Shown here: positions 42,341-50,270 of the stretch, one piece after another
Layout: every line of letters starts with the position of its first letter
Numbering within the stretch: position 1 is the stretch's first letter
IMG/VR virus record: IMGVR_UViG_3300015195_000008
Span: 1-50,270 of that record
Length of the DNA stretch: 50,270 nucleotides
Reading direction: 5' to 3' (one strand)
DNA from: a virus
Taxonomy: Duplodnaviria > Caudoviricetes
Translations under genes and position numbers: made by a program
The notes under the pieces: generated by a model
The model's input: only the letters and a program-made list of their open reading frames with translations
What the model was told of the DNA's origin: nothing
The model's database searches: none

Positions 42341-44607
42341 CTAGGCAACCATTCAAATGCGTGCTTCTTGGTGAATCGTTCATCTGCTTTCTCCGTTTTC
42401 TGCGATGGGTGATGGTGGATATGTTGATTGAGAGCGCCCATGATAGCAGCCGCCAAATGGTCTGTCAAAGTCATGTTTTGTCCAGCGAATGATTTGCCTT
42501 GTACGTTCTCAGCCAGGCCAGTAACCATGCCCAGGGGAGCAATGTGAGTCTCAGCTATGTCGAGGAGTCCCTTGTCCCAAGTCTCGCCGGTTTTTGAAGG
42601 GTGAGTCCAGTCGTTCGCTAGTCTGTTACCGTCAACCCACAGTTCGGGCATTGATGAACTGCTTAATGCGTAACCCACGGGATTGAAAACAGCTTTCGCG
42701 GACTCCGTAACCGGATCTCCAGAGGTGAGTTCATCCCTATGGGCTCCTTCACGGTTCTTCTGGTTCTGGTCCCGAAGACGGGCTACGGTCAGGTAGTTTA
42801 TAGGGTTCTCCTTCACGGAGTCGATGACTGCCTTCGGCAGAATGCCAAGATGGTACGCAACGAACGGACCGCCGATCGCAGAGAAGAACTTCACAAACGC
42901 CGACTGATTCGTGTAGTCCCCTAACTTCTTATTGATTAACGCGCCTTTGAGGTATTCTTCCTTAGAACCAGGGGAGGAGGGGCCTAGAACGTGGTCTAAA
43001 TGGTCAAGCAAGCCTGCTCTCCACCCATGCTCCATCTTCCCTAGGAGACTGCTCATCTTGTTTACCGCTTCAGCGTAACCGGGGAAGTAGTTGGGGGTAT
43101 GTCCTCCGATGTAATCCGGCGTACCGGAACCCATGGAGTCTAGGCGTCCTTTCACGACATGGTCGATAGGTCTGACCATGTGAGCGACGCCGTGAGCCAT
43201 CGCATTCATGCCGCCGCCGAGGGCGGATAACGTGCCGACGTTGGAGATGCCGTGAGGAAGAGGGTCAAGCTCAATACCCGCTCTACCTATGTCCGAAATC
43301 TTCTTCGTCCTCCTGGCTATGTCTTTGATGAGCTTGTCCTCAGGAGCTTTATACTGGCTCCAGTTGATCGCTCCACTCTTAGTCAGGGACTTGCCAGGAG
43401 CATGAGGCGAGAATACGTCGTTTGACTTACGCGCTAGCTCGTTATCATGGATATTGTCTCGGAGGTGCTTGAACGCCTCGAGGCGCTCGTCGGGAGTCAT
43501 CGCGCGTATCTCTTGCGACGTGTAGCTCTTCGTTAAGGAGCCAGAAGCCGGGGATGCAGAATGAAGGCTTGGATGCAGAACCGTAGCCGCTGCTGCAGAC
43601 CGCTTTGGAGATCCGTGTGCATGTACGTACTGCGCGTACCGTTGTACGGACTTATTCGCGTCATTAGCCACTTCTGCGTCGTGTAAGCTGTCCTTGTGTT
43701 TGGCGACCCGTTGGGCGTTCTCGAGCTGAATACGTACGTCGCGACCTTCGTGAGTCAGCCCGGCACGTAACAGGTCAGGTCTAGTTACGAACGTGTCCTC
43801 AAGGGTCCTGTGAGCGTTAGAGGCCATGTTCTTCGAGTTCTGGACGGCAGTCTTGAGATGAGCGAACGCGGGACCTGCTCCGTGGGCTGCCAGGTGATTA
43901 TAAACGTGCCCTGCAACAAGACGCGAGGTCCTCGCTCCAGCGTCTAGCAGAGGCTTCGTAGCCGGGTTCCTAACGGCTGCGACGGCTGCATGATGGATCA
44001 TCGTCGTAATCGGAGGGACCTCCTTGACCACTCCGAGATTCCGAAGAGCTGTACCGGCGTCGGATATGACTGCGAACGGGTCTCCGATCGTATCAGTAGC
44101 GACGTTGTTAACAGTCTTTAATGCGTTCTTAACATAAGGCTTAAGTTGGTTCAAGGCGTACCAGTTGCGCCCGTTTATCATCGTGTCGATGTCGGCGTCA
44201 TTGGACAGACCGAGGCCTGTCTGGAGTACGGAACGGGCCTTCTGTACCTTGGCATCGGTAGGGTGCCACACGAGGTCACTGACATTGTGCAGCGAATCCT
44301 GGAAGCTCGACTTATTGTGGATGTTCTCTGCAATGGCTCCCTCTAACCGTTGAGGGGCTCCAGCGGCTTGAATGATCGACCCTAACGGGTGATTACTGAG
44401 CTGTTTCCATGCGTCCCAAGTGCCTGATGACCAATGAGCCAAATGTTGCCTGACCTGCGTTCCGTTGTAATGAGGCATGAAAGGAGCGGCCTTGGGTTTA
44501 ACGGAAGGAGCCCCTCCTTGAGGGGCTGAAGGTAGATCGTGTTGAGGTACCTCGGAGCTTGTTGGAAGATCCGATTCAGGAACCTCAGTCATAATTCCAC
44601 TTACCAT
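42337..44607 (-). CDS. internal virion / DNA ejection protein (large)
   Basis: 756 aa helical, Ala/His-rich; last large gene of the podovirus tail module. Confidence 0.55.
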   Translation of the reverse strand: MVSGIMTEVPESDLPTSSEVPQHDLPSAPQGGAPSVKPKAAPFMPHYNGTQVRQHLAHWSSGTWDAWKQLSNHPLGSIIQAAGAPQRLEGAIAENIHNKSSFQDSLHNVSDLVWHPTDAKVQKARSVLQTGLGLSNDADIDTMINGRNWYALNQLKPYVKNALKTVNNVATDTIGDPFAVISDAGTALRNLGVVKEVPPITTMIHHAAVAAVRNPATKPLLDAGARTSRLVAGHVYNHLAAHGAGPAFAHLKTAVQNSKNMASNAHRTLEDTFVTRPDLLRAGLTHEGRDVRIQLENAQRVAKHKDSLHDAEVANDANKSVQRYAQYVHAHGSPKRSAAAATVLHPSLHSASPASGSLTKSYTSQEIRAMTPDERLEAFKHLRDNIHDNELARKSNDVFSPHAPGKSLTKSGAINWSQYKAPEDKLIKDIARRTKKISDIGRAGIELDPLPHGISNVGTLSALGGGMNAMAHGVAHMVRPIDHVVKGRLDSMGSGTPDYIGGHTPNYFPGYAEAVNKMSSLLGKMEHGWRAGLLDHLDHVLGPSSPGSKEEYLKGALINKKLGDYTNQSAFVKFFSAIGGPFVAYHLGILPKAVIDSVKENPINYLTVARLRDQNQKNREGAHRDELTSGDPVTESAKAVFNPVGYALSSSSMPELWVDGNRLANDWTHPSKTGETWDKGLLDIAETHIAPLGMVTGLAENVQGKSFAGQNMTLTDHLAAAIMGALNQHIHHHPSQKTEKADERFTKKHAFEWLPR

Positions 44608-45889
44608 TCGTGTAGGTCATAGGCTTACCGCTCTTGGACATACTCTTAGAACCTTCTTGAGGGTTAGAACCGGAAGCCTTGCGAGGAAGGATGTTGCTCT
44701 GCTTACCGCTGTGCTGAGTAATAGCCATACCTTGGGGTTCGTACCCTTGAACCATGCTCTGGGCTCTCTTCTGTTTCTGTTTTAAAGCTGCAAGGGAGTC
44801 ATTCAGTCTGTGAACATTCGATTGAAGCTGTATTCCCATTTGATTTTCAGGCTGAATCACGCCGTCGGTTTGGGTTGCAGCGTACGCCTCTAAGGTCTTT
44901 TCGGCTGAGTCTAACTGCCCCTGAGTCTTTTCTACGTACCCGTCTAACTCTTTAGTGAAGCCCATCACGTTCTTCAGAGAATTAGGGCTCGTGTCATACT
45001 GCAGTCTAGCAATCTGCAAGTCTATTTCTTTGCCTCTGTCGTCTAGGCTCCTCTGCATAAGTGCGAGTCTGGGACCTACAGCAGAGGCTTCGACTCTCGC
45101 CTTATTTGCCTGAGCGTACAGCCCAACAATTTTGGCCTGCATGTAGCCTTTTTGTTCCGATGTCGTAGCTTCCACTAAAGCGGCCTTGGCACCATTTAGC
45201 CTCTGCCAAGTAGGCAGTTTTACGTCGTCTACATGCTCTTTGTGCAAGTCGTATTGACGCCGGGTGTCTGCGTTCTGTTGACCTGTATCTGCCTTTTTAC
45301 GTTCAGTTTCTTCTTTGTACGAATGAACAGGATTAGCAGACATGAAGCCAGCATCAACACCGCCGATGTCCCTCATCTGTGCCTTGCGGGAATTAGGATC
45401 TAGTCCCGCATAATACTGCTTTTGTTCCTCTGTGAGGTCGGAAAACTGCTTAGCTTTTATAGCGTCGGTATCAATGCTCCCATCTTTACCTAACACAACG
45501 GGTATGCCCAATAAATTGGATTGCTTAATATAATTCTCCCGAACACTCGGGTCTTTCAACAGGTCAGGATGGATCAACGCCTGCCTACGGATATTGTCCA
45601 CAGTCGTCTGTGCCGTAGACATCTGTTCGGCCTTAGCATCTTTAGCGAGACCTGCCTGAAGGGCAGTGTTCTCGATTCCTTGATGCTGAATGGTGGACTC
45701 GTCCATCTTCTGTTTCTCGTCGGCTTCTCGAGTTTTCTGTTTGTTCTCAATACCCTGCTGCTTTTCGGCCACCTTGCCTGCATGTGCAGCTTGGAACCCT
45801 TGGAGCCCCTGAGTAAGGAAGCCCATGAGTCCTCCGCCAGAGGCGTAGCCTCCGCCGCTTGATACGTCCGGTGTAACGAATCCGCTCAT
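44585..45889 (-). CDS. internal virion / DNA ejection protein
   Basis: Gly-rich amphipathic N-terminus (GGLMGFLTQGLQGF) followed by long Q/K coiled coils. Confidence 0.6.
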   Translation of the reverse strand: MSGFVTPDVSSGGGYASGGGLMGFLTQGLQGFQAAHAGKVAEKQQGIENKQKTREADEKQKMDESTIQHQGIENTALQAGLAKDAKAEQMSTAQTTVDNIRRQALIHPDLLKDPSVRENYIKQSNLLGIPVVLGKDGSIDTDAIKAKQFSDLTEEQKQYYAGLDPNSRKAQMRDIGGVDAGFMSANPVHSYKEETERKKADTGQQNADTRRQYDLHKEHVDDVKLPTWQRLNGAKAALVEATTSEQKGYMQAKIVGLYAQANKARVEASAVGPRLALMQRSLDDRGKEIDLQIARLQYDTSPNSLKNVMGFTKELDGYVEKTQGQLDSAEKTLEAYAATQTDGVIQPENQMGIQLQSNVHRLNDSLAALKQKQKRAQSMVQGYEPQGMAITQHSGKQSNILPRKASGSNPQEGSKSMSKSGKPMTYTNGKWNYD

Positions 45890-45891
45890 GT

Positions 45892-47217
45892 CTATCTCCT
45901 CATCGAATCGTTTGTACTATACCCGTATTTGAGCATTTCTTCGACATCTTTAAGTATAATCGATGCAGCATCGGTCCGATACATTAAATCCTGCACTGAC
46001 AACTTCTCCAGAAACTTGTAAATCGACTCGAAGCCCTTTGTTATTGAGGGAGACTCCGTGCAGGCTACTCCAACAAACCCAGTGGGATCGGATACGTAGA
46101 GGTCTTTTTGCTCGTCCCATGATACTCCCACTCCAACAAAAAACTTATCCCAAATCCCGTCATAGCCCTTGATACGTATACCCAGAGCGGAACTCTTGTC
46201 GAGCTTCACTTCGTTCGGGTACGGAGGTACCGAGAGCCTAACCGCGTGGTAGCACGTATCGACCTTGAAGAAGCTGTTCACATCCTGGCCGAGAACAAGA
46301 GCCTTCAGGAACTCATATAGGGAGGTGATCCCTCTCTGTGAAGTAAGCTCCGAGTCGATGCCGAGGCGGGGAGTCCACTCGAGGAACCAGGCTCCTTGCT
46401 TGTTAAGGATGCAGTTTACATCGTATAATCCAGGAGGAGCGTTGTTTAGACGGAACTCAACCTCGAGCTTATCGAAGTGAAGTTGTTCGTGTAGCTTAGA
46501 CTCTTCTGTGTAGAACCAAACGGTGTTTAAGGAGCACCCAGTAGCGGGTCCTTTGTTATTGTTCATTAGTTTCTTGTTCTCTATTGTTCCTTCGTATGGA
46601 CCCACAAAAGACTTACCGTTGAACCATCTGGCTGTACTAACCGCAACACCCTTAATCTTCTCCTGAAGAATGCAAGCAATATTATCCCCAAATCTCTCAG
46701 TGACATGTTCAAGGTGCTCCATAATCTGCTTCGTGTCTTTGCTTACCAGGGTTACGTCTGACCCGAGGAACTTGTTTGACTTCCAAGCCCATCCACCGTC
46801 GCCATGTTCTTGGTCAGGGTCAGACTCGAGGAACTTCACTGCCGCAGAAATAGAGGTGAACTTCTTGGTAGGAGGGCAGAGGATACCAACCTTCTCTGCA
46901 AGCTCCATGCCCCAATCACGATCCTTCTCGAGCTTGTCCATAAAAGGACCAGAGCCAATAACAAGTTTGCCCTTTTTACGAAGTTCCTCGGCGAACTCGC
47001 CTGCGCCCGAGCAGTCAAAGAAGTAGATCGTTTGAGGATCTTCCTCTCCCCAGGCTAGCCACTCTTCTTTGCTTTCGGTTAGAGGAACGAGTCCTTCTCC
47101 GACTTTGCGAGAGTCCTTCAGTTGGTGGTAAACGAGAACCTCACAGCCCTCGTCAAAAAGACGCCTTGCCCAAGCGATAGAAGAGCCTTCAAAAATATAA
47201 AAAGCGAAGCGAGTCAT
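45892..47217 (-). CDS. PurD (GAR synthetase)-like ATP-grasp ligase
   Basis: KLEKDRDWG, ILQEKIKGVAVS, WFNGKSF, IENKKLMNNNKGPATG, GLYDVNCI, FLEWTPRLG, VPPYP, YRTD. Confidence 0.8.
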   Translation of the reverse strand: MTRFAFYIFEGSSIAWARRLFDEGCEVLVYHQLKDSRKVGEGLVPLTESKEEWLAWGEEDPQTIYFFDCSGAGEFAEELRKKGKLVIGSGPFMDKLEKDRDWGMELAEKVGILCPPTKKFTSISAAVKFLESDPDQEHGDGGWAWKSNKFLGSDVTLVSKDTKQIMEHLEHVTERFGDNIACILQEKIKGVAVSTARWFNGKSFVGPYEGTIENKKLMNNNKGPATGCSLNTVWFYTEESKLHEQLHFDKLEVEFRLNNAPPGLYDVNCILNKQGAWFLEWTPRLGIDSELTSQRGITSLYEFLKALVLGQDVNSFFKVDTCYHAVRLSVPPYPNEVKLDKSSALGIRIKGYDGIWDKFFVGVGVSWDEQKDLYVSDPTGFVGVACTESPSITKGFESIYKFLEKLSVQDLMYRTDAASIILKDVEEMLKYGYSTNDSMRR

Positions 47218-48125
47218 TTCCCGCCTATTTTAATCGGCGAGAACAGTCCTGCCGCCGACCCAAGTAATCCGCCGAGACCGCCACTCTGCTGATTCGCGGA
47301 TGCCTGTTGCCCGAACTGCTGTGCCTGACCTCCGTAGCCTGTGAACAGTCCTCCCTCTGCTCCGAGAGTCGCTCCGGTGTTCGCCGCTCCCTGACTAGCA
47401 GAAACAAGACCCTGGTTCAGTGCAGTATCTCCCAAACCAAGCACATTTATTAGATTGGTGAGAGCAGTCGTATTTAACCCTTGCCCGGTAGAGAACGCTT
47501 CCTGAAGCATGGACATGATCTGAGAGTCTTGGTTAGAAGCTGTCGAGGCTACTCCTGCCGCTCCCTGCCCCTTAATCGCCTGATTCTGTCCGGCGAGGTT
47601 GCCTGCGAGGTTGCCAGAGGCAGTAAGCAGCGAGTTCTGATTCGCCTGGGTCGTAGCGGCCTGATTCGTGCCAGGAGCAGCCCCCGCTTTAGCTGTGTTG
47701 TTCGCTATAGAGAACTGCTGCTGAAGCTGGTCCTGAGCGTTCAGCATCGCAGGTTGTCCCATGCCCTGCAGCATCTCGTTACCGTAGAACTGCTGTAGAC
47801 CAGAATTTGCCTTTGAAAGGTTCGTTCCTCCGGTGTTCGCGGAGTAGTTGACGAGGTTCTGCCCCTGCTGGTTCTGGTTCACGCCGGTCTGCCCGGACAT
47901 GTTACCCCCACTACCGAGGGCTGTACCGAGACCTTGGGCCATGCCAGGAGCAACGGCAGAAGCGTTCGCTCCGATAGCTCCGGTAGTTGCCTGAAGGGGC
48001 GAGTTCAACATGGACGCGCTAGAGTTCAGACTGTTTACTCCAGTGCCTATGGCATTAGCTGCAAGCCCCTGATTTTTTAGAGAGTCCTGCATTGCTCCTT
48101 GAGCTGCTCCGCCACTACCCTTCAT
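47214..48125 (-). CDS. Gly/Gln/Ala/Asn-rich DNA ejection (pilot-like) protein
   Basis: Almost uncharged low-complexity sequence with C-terminal GGLGGLLGSAAGLF. Confidence 0.6.
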   Translation of the reverse strand: MKGSGGAAQGAMQDSLKNQGLAANAIGTGVNSLNSSASMLNSPLQATTGAIGANASAVAPGMAQGLGTALGSGGNMSGQTGVNQNQQGQNLVNYSANTGGTNLSKANSGLQQFYGNEMLQGMGQPAMLNAQDQLQQQFSIANNTAKAGAAPGTNQAATTQANQNSLLTASGNLAGNLAGQNQAIKGQGAAGVASTASNQDSQIMSMLQEAFSTGQGLNTTALTNLINVLGLGDTALNQGLVSASQGAANTGATLGAEGGLFTGYGGQAQQFGQQASANQQSGGLGGLLGSAAGLFSPIKIGGK

Positions 48126-48543
48126 GTTGCCCTCCTGTTAGCTGAACTAGACGAATCCTGTTGCCTGCACAGTCCCGCTCGACGATAGGAGAGACCTCGA
48201 AGCCTCTCTTCATAAGTGCTAGCATCCATGCTTCGTTCTTTACGTCGATGTACCCGAACTTGTTCTTATACGAAAGGCTTAACACGTACTCTCCGAGAAT
48301 CTTGATTGATTTCGGACACCCGTAGATACCTACAATAACGAGGTCATCTGGCAGATCCGAGCAGATCATAATGCCAAGGACACCTTTGATCTCCCCGGCT
48401 ATCTGAGCGCCGTACCACTTTATGTACTTCCCGTATTCGGCTTCCCATGCTTCATCAAGAATGGTACCCATCGAAAGCACATGCGAAAGAACAAAAGGAT
48501 TTGCCTCCTCTTGTTCGATCGAAGTGATATAGTACTCAGTCAT
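48115..48543 (-). CDS. GNAT-fold-like virion assembly protein (P22 gp14 / T7 gp13 position)
   Basis: GYIDVKNEAW..ALMKRGFE resembles a GNAT C-terminal motif; synteny. Confidence 0.45.
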   Translation of the reverse strand: MTEYYITSIEQEEANPFVLSHVLSMGTILDEAWEAEYGKYIKWYGAQIAGEIKGVLGIMICSDLPDDLVIVGIYGCPKSIKILGEYVLSLSYKNKFGYIDVKNEAWMLALMKRGFEVSPIVERDCAGNRIRLVQLTGGQHEG

Positions 48544-48893
48544 TTTACGGTTAGCCCCATCTTAGACAACATTTGAAGGATCTGAGGAGGCTCCTGCGCC
48601 TGTTGCGCTTGCTGCTGCTGTTGCTGTCCCTGCTGTGCCTGCTGCGGGTTCTGAGACAAGAGATGAAGGAGCATCGGCATCAACTGCTGAAGTGAACCCT
48701 GAGCGACTTCCGAACCCCCTTGAGGAGCAGATTGGCCCGGCTGAAGATTGGGTCCAAGTCGCTGCAAGAAAGATAGGAGGGCCATAAGGGCTTCCGGCGC
48801 AACATTTGCAGGTTGACCGCCCCCACCTTGAGCTTGACCCTGTTGGGGTTGTTGGGACTGCTGCTGACCCATCTGAGGCATCATCCCGCCCAT
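48540..48893 (-). CDS. Gln-rich low-complexity protein
   Basis: Poly-Q linkers between amphipathic LL..L helices; AGGAG RBS. Confidence 0.6.
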   Translation of the reverse strand: MGGMMPQMGQQQSQQPQQGQAQGGGGQPANVAPEALMALLSFLQRLGPNLQPGQSAPQGGSEVAQGSLQQLMPMLLHLLSQNPQQAQQGQQQQQQAQQAQEPPQILQMLSKMGLTVK

Positions 48894-48903
48894 AACTCAT
48901 CTC

Positions 48904-49080
48904 CTACGCTTTTTTCTTTGGGTTAGTCGCTCTGTAAATCGGGGACACTTGACGCCGGAAGTTGTCGAAACCTTCAGACAATTTCTTTCCAAAGCTCTCT
49001 TGAATAGGAGCGGCATTCTTCGCGTTCGCCTTAGGTTTAGCCGACGACTTCTTTTTTGCGCTTCCGTTTCCGCTTGGCAT
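48904..49080 (-). CDS. basic micropeptide (58 aa)
   Basis: MPSGNGSAKKKSSAKPKANAK...PKKKA; fits the gap better than the track ORF 48897..49199. Confidence 0.45.
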   Translation of the reverse strand: MPSGNGSAKKKSSAKPKANAKNAAPIQESFGKKLSEGFDNFRRQVSPIYRATNPKKKA

Positions 49081-49125
49081 GAGTCTTCTCTCTTTCGTAG
49101 TAACTTAGTTGGCCTTGTTTGGCGA

Positions 49126-49308
49126 TCACTTTTTGTCTCCGCCCTTGAAGGGGTTGATCCTGGAGGCATATTTTCCGTAGAATTTGCCCATGTTGCCATA
49201 ATGTCCCTGAAACTGGTACCCGTCTACTCTCTTGGAGTAAAGGGACTCAATCTTAGGGATCTCGTAGGCGGACATGAGCTTGTTAAGCTTCGGATATACG
49301 GACTTCAT
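49126..49308 (-). CDS. small basic hypothetical protein, possibly leaderless
   Basis: MKSVYPKL...; ATG lies 6 nt after TGTGGTAAAAT. Confidence 0.5.
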   Translation of the reverse strand: MKSVYPKLNKLMSAYEIPKIESLYSKRVDGYQFQGHYGNMGKFYGKYASRINPFKGGDKK

Positions 49309-49314
49309 ACGCAC

Positions 49315-49325
49315 ATTTTACCACA
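49315..49325 (-). promoter_or_regulatory. extended -10 promoter
   Basis: TGTGG-TAAAAT upstream of the ejection-gene block. Confidence 0.45.
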
Positions 49326-49328
49326 ATG

Positions 49329-49787
49329 TCAAGACTGGTAGTACAATTGCGCATAGACTATGCCCGTAGTGATGAGGGGGTCCACTTGAGCCAGGAAGAG
49401 CCTGTAGGTGCCTGATCCGAGGGTGCCGCCGCCTATCCGTATGTTCGTAGACGTTATGACCACTGGAGAGGCCGGAACACCGCTTAAAATGAACTGCAGC
49501 GTACCACCTGCAGGTATTGTAAGGAACGACCCCTGAGCGGAGAGGTTGACTATGGTATTCGCCTGGTTCGTACGGTGAACGAGGTTCGAGAACGTATAGA
49601 GGTTCGAGGGGTTGTTGATAACGTCAATCTGCATGGAGTCAGACCCAAGCAGAATGGGAGGGTTTATGACAGGGCTGTTCGACTTCGATATGTTCGTGAG
49701 GCCCTTGAGAACGTCGTAGCCTTTACCTGTGGAGTACGTGCTTACGGAGCGCGTAACGCCTTGTATGTTCTGCGGAGGAATAGCCAT
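49329..49787 (-). CDS. putative virion/tail protein
   Basis: 152 aa beta-rich; start overlaps the nozzle-gene stop. Confidence 0.55.
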   Translation of the reverse strand: MAIPPQNIQGVTRSVSTYSTGKGYDVLKGLTNISKSNSPVINPPILLGSDSMQIDVINNPSNLYTFSNLVHRTNQANTIVNLSAQGSFLTIPAGGTLQFILSGVPASPVVITSTNIRIGGGTLGSGTYRLFLAQVDPLITTGIVYAQLYYQS

Positions 49788-50270
49788 TACAGCGTACCCG
49801 AGACTTGAATGAGCTTGCGATCGACGAAGCCATAAATCGTCGCCTGCTGAACTTCGAGTTGATCGAAGGACAAGGTCTGAAGTAGCATCTGCACCTCGGA
49901 CCCTCGCATGGGTCGAGACCAGCTCTCCTGGTGCCGGACTCCGTTAAAGCTGTTGTTCAGGTCGAAGGTGACAAGGTCTGTATACTGCTGGTTGCCTGGG
50001 TTCGATATGCACGTAAGGTAAGCGAACCCTACTTGAGGCGGAGCAACCACCTCTCCATAACGGAAAATCTTGTCCGAGGAGGAGTCTCCTGCATCCGTTA
50101 TGCGTGTAAGTATCGAAGACATGATAGGGTCTCCGAGGTCACTGCCTCCGGTGAACCACTGATCGAACTGACCGATGTGCTGCAGGTTGTTACCGAGCAC
50201 GTTCTGATTAGATTCAGCGTCCGTGAAGATATGATTCGTAGCCCATCCTAGCTTCCACCAAGACTGAGAC
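49787..50270 (-). CDS. 3' part of the tail nozzle/hub protein that begins at 1473
   Basis: The track ORF 49787..50200 is in the same frame as 1..1473 once the 142-nt overlap is collapsed. Confidence 0.75.
   Translation of the reverse strand, partial: SQSWWKLGWATNHIFTDAESNQNVLGNNLQHIGQFDQWFTGGSDLGDPIMSSILTRITDAGDSSSDKIFRYGEVVAPPQVGFAYLTCISNPGNQQYTDLVTFDLNNSFNGVRHQESWSRPMRGSEVQMLLQTLSFDQLEVQQATIYGFVDRKLIQVSGTL
50129..50270. repeat. terminal direct repeat / assembly overlap, copy 2
   Basis: Matches 1-142 with 2 mismatches. Confidence 0.95.

Noticed and set aside
45892-47217. Calling this gene purD, a purine-biosynthesis auxiliary gene
   Set aside because: Divergent N-terminus, no other pur genes, and location in the virion module; left as PurD-like

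Overview
The window is an apparently complete ~50.1 kb genome of a lytic, podovirus-type tailed phage. Positions 1-142 repeat 50129-50270 with 2 mismatches, and a tail gene runs in frame across that junction. The minus-strand arm carries an early region of small genes (24.4-27.8 kb), then HNH, two GroES-like genes, a holin candidate, amidase, MazG-like, TerL, a block of fibre-like genes, portal, scaffold, cement, major capsid, adaptor, tail nozzle and ejection proteins. The plus-strand arm (27.96-42.18 kb) carries thioredoxin, primase-helicase, SNF2 helicase, UDG-PolA, PhoH, nrdAB, thyX, dCMP deaminase, a GNAT-C39 fusion, Cas4-like nuclease, Sak4-like ATPase, SSB and VRR-NUC. I saw no integrase, repressor, tRNA, CRISPR array or reverse transcriptase. 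The most unusual observations: (1) five consecutive tail-fibre-like genes between terminase and portal that all begin with Sec-type signal peptides and carry paired cysteines, suggesting an exported, disulfide-stapled fibre system; (2) a DUF3494 ice-binding domain inserted into a signal-less probable capsid decoration protein directly behind the major capsid gene; (3) a circularly permuted Sak4/AAA_24 ATPase with Walker A at the C-terminus; (4) a PurD-like ATP-grasp ligase among the ejection genes, plus a GNAT-C39 fusion; (5) duplicated promoter plus NEAYRAY-repeat cassettes in the early region. All calls come from motif recognition by eye; no searches were run.
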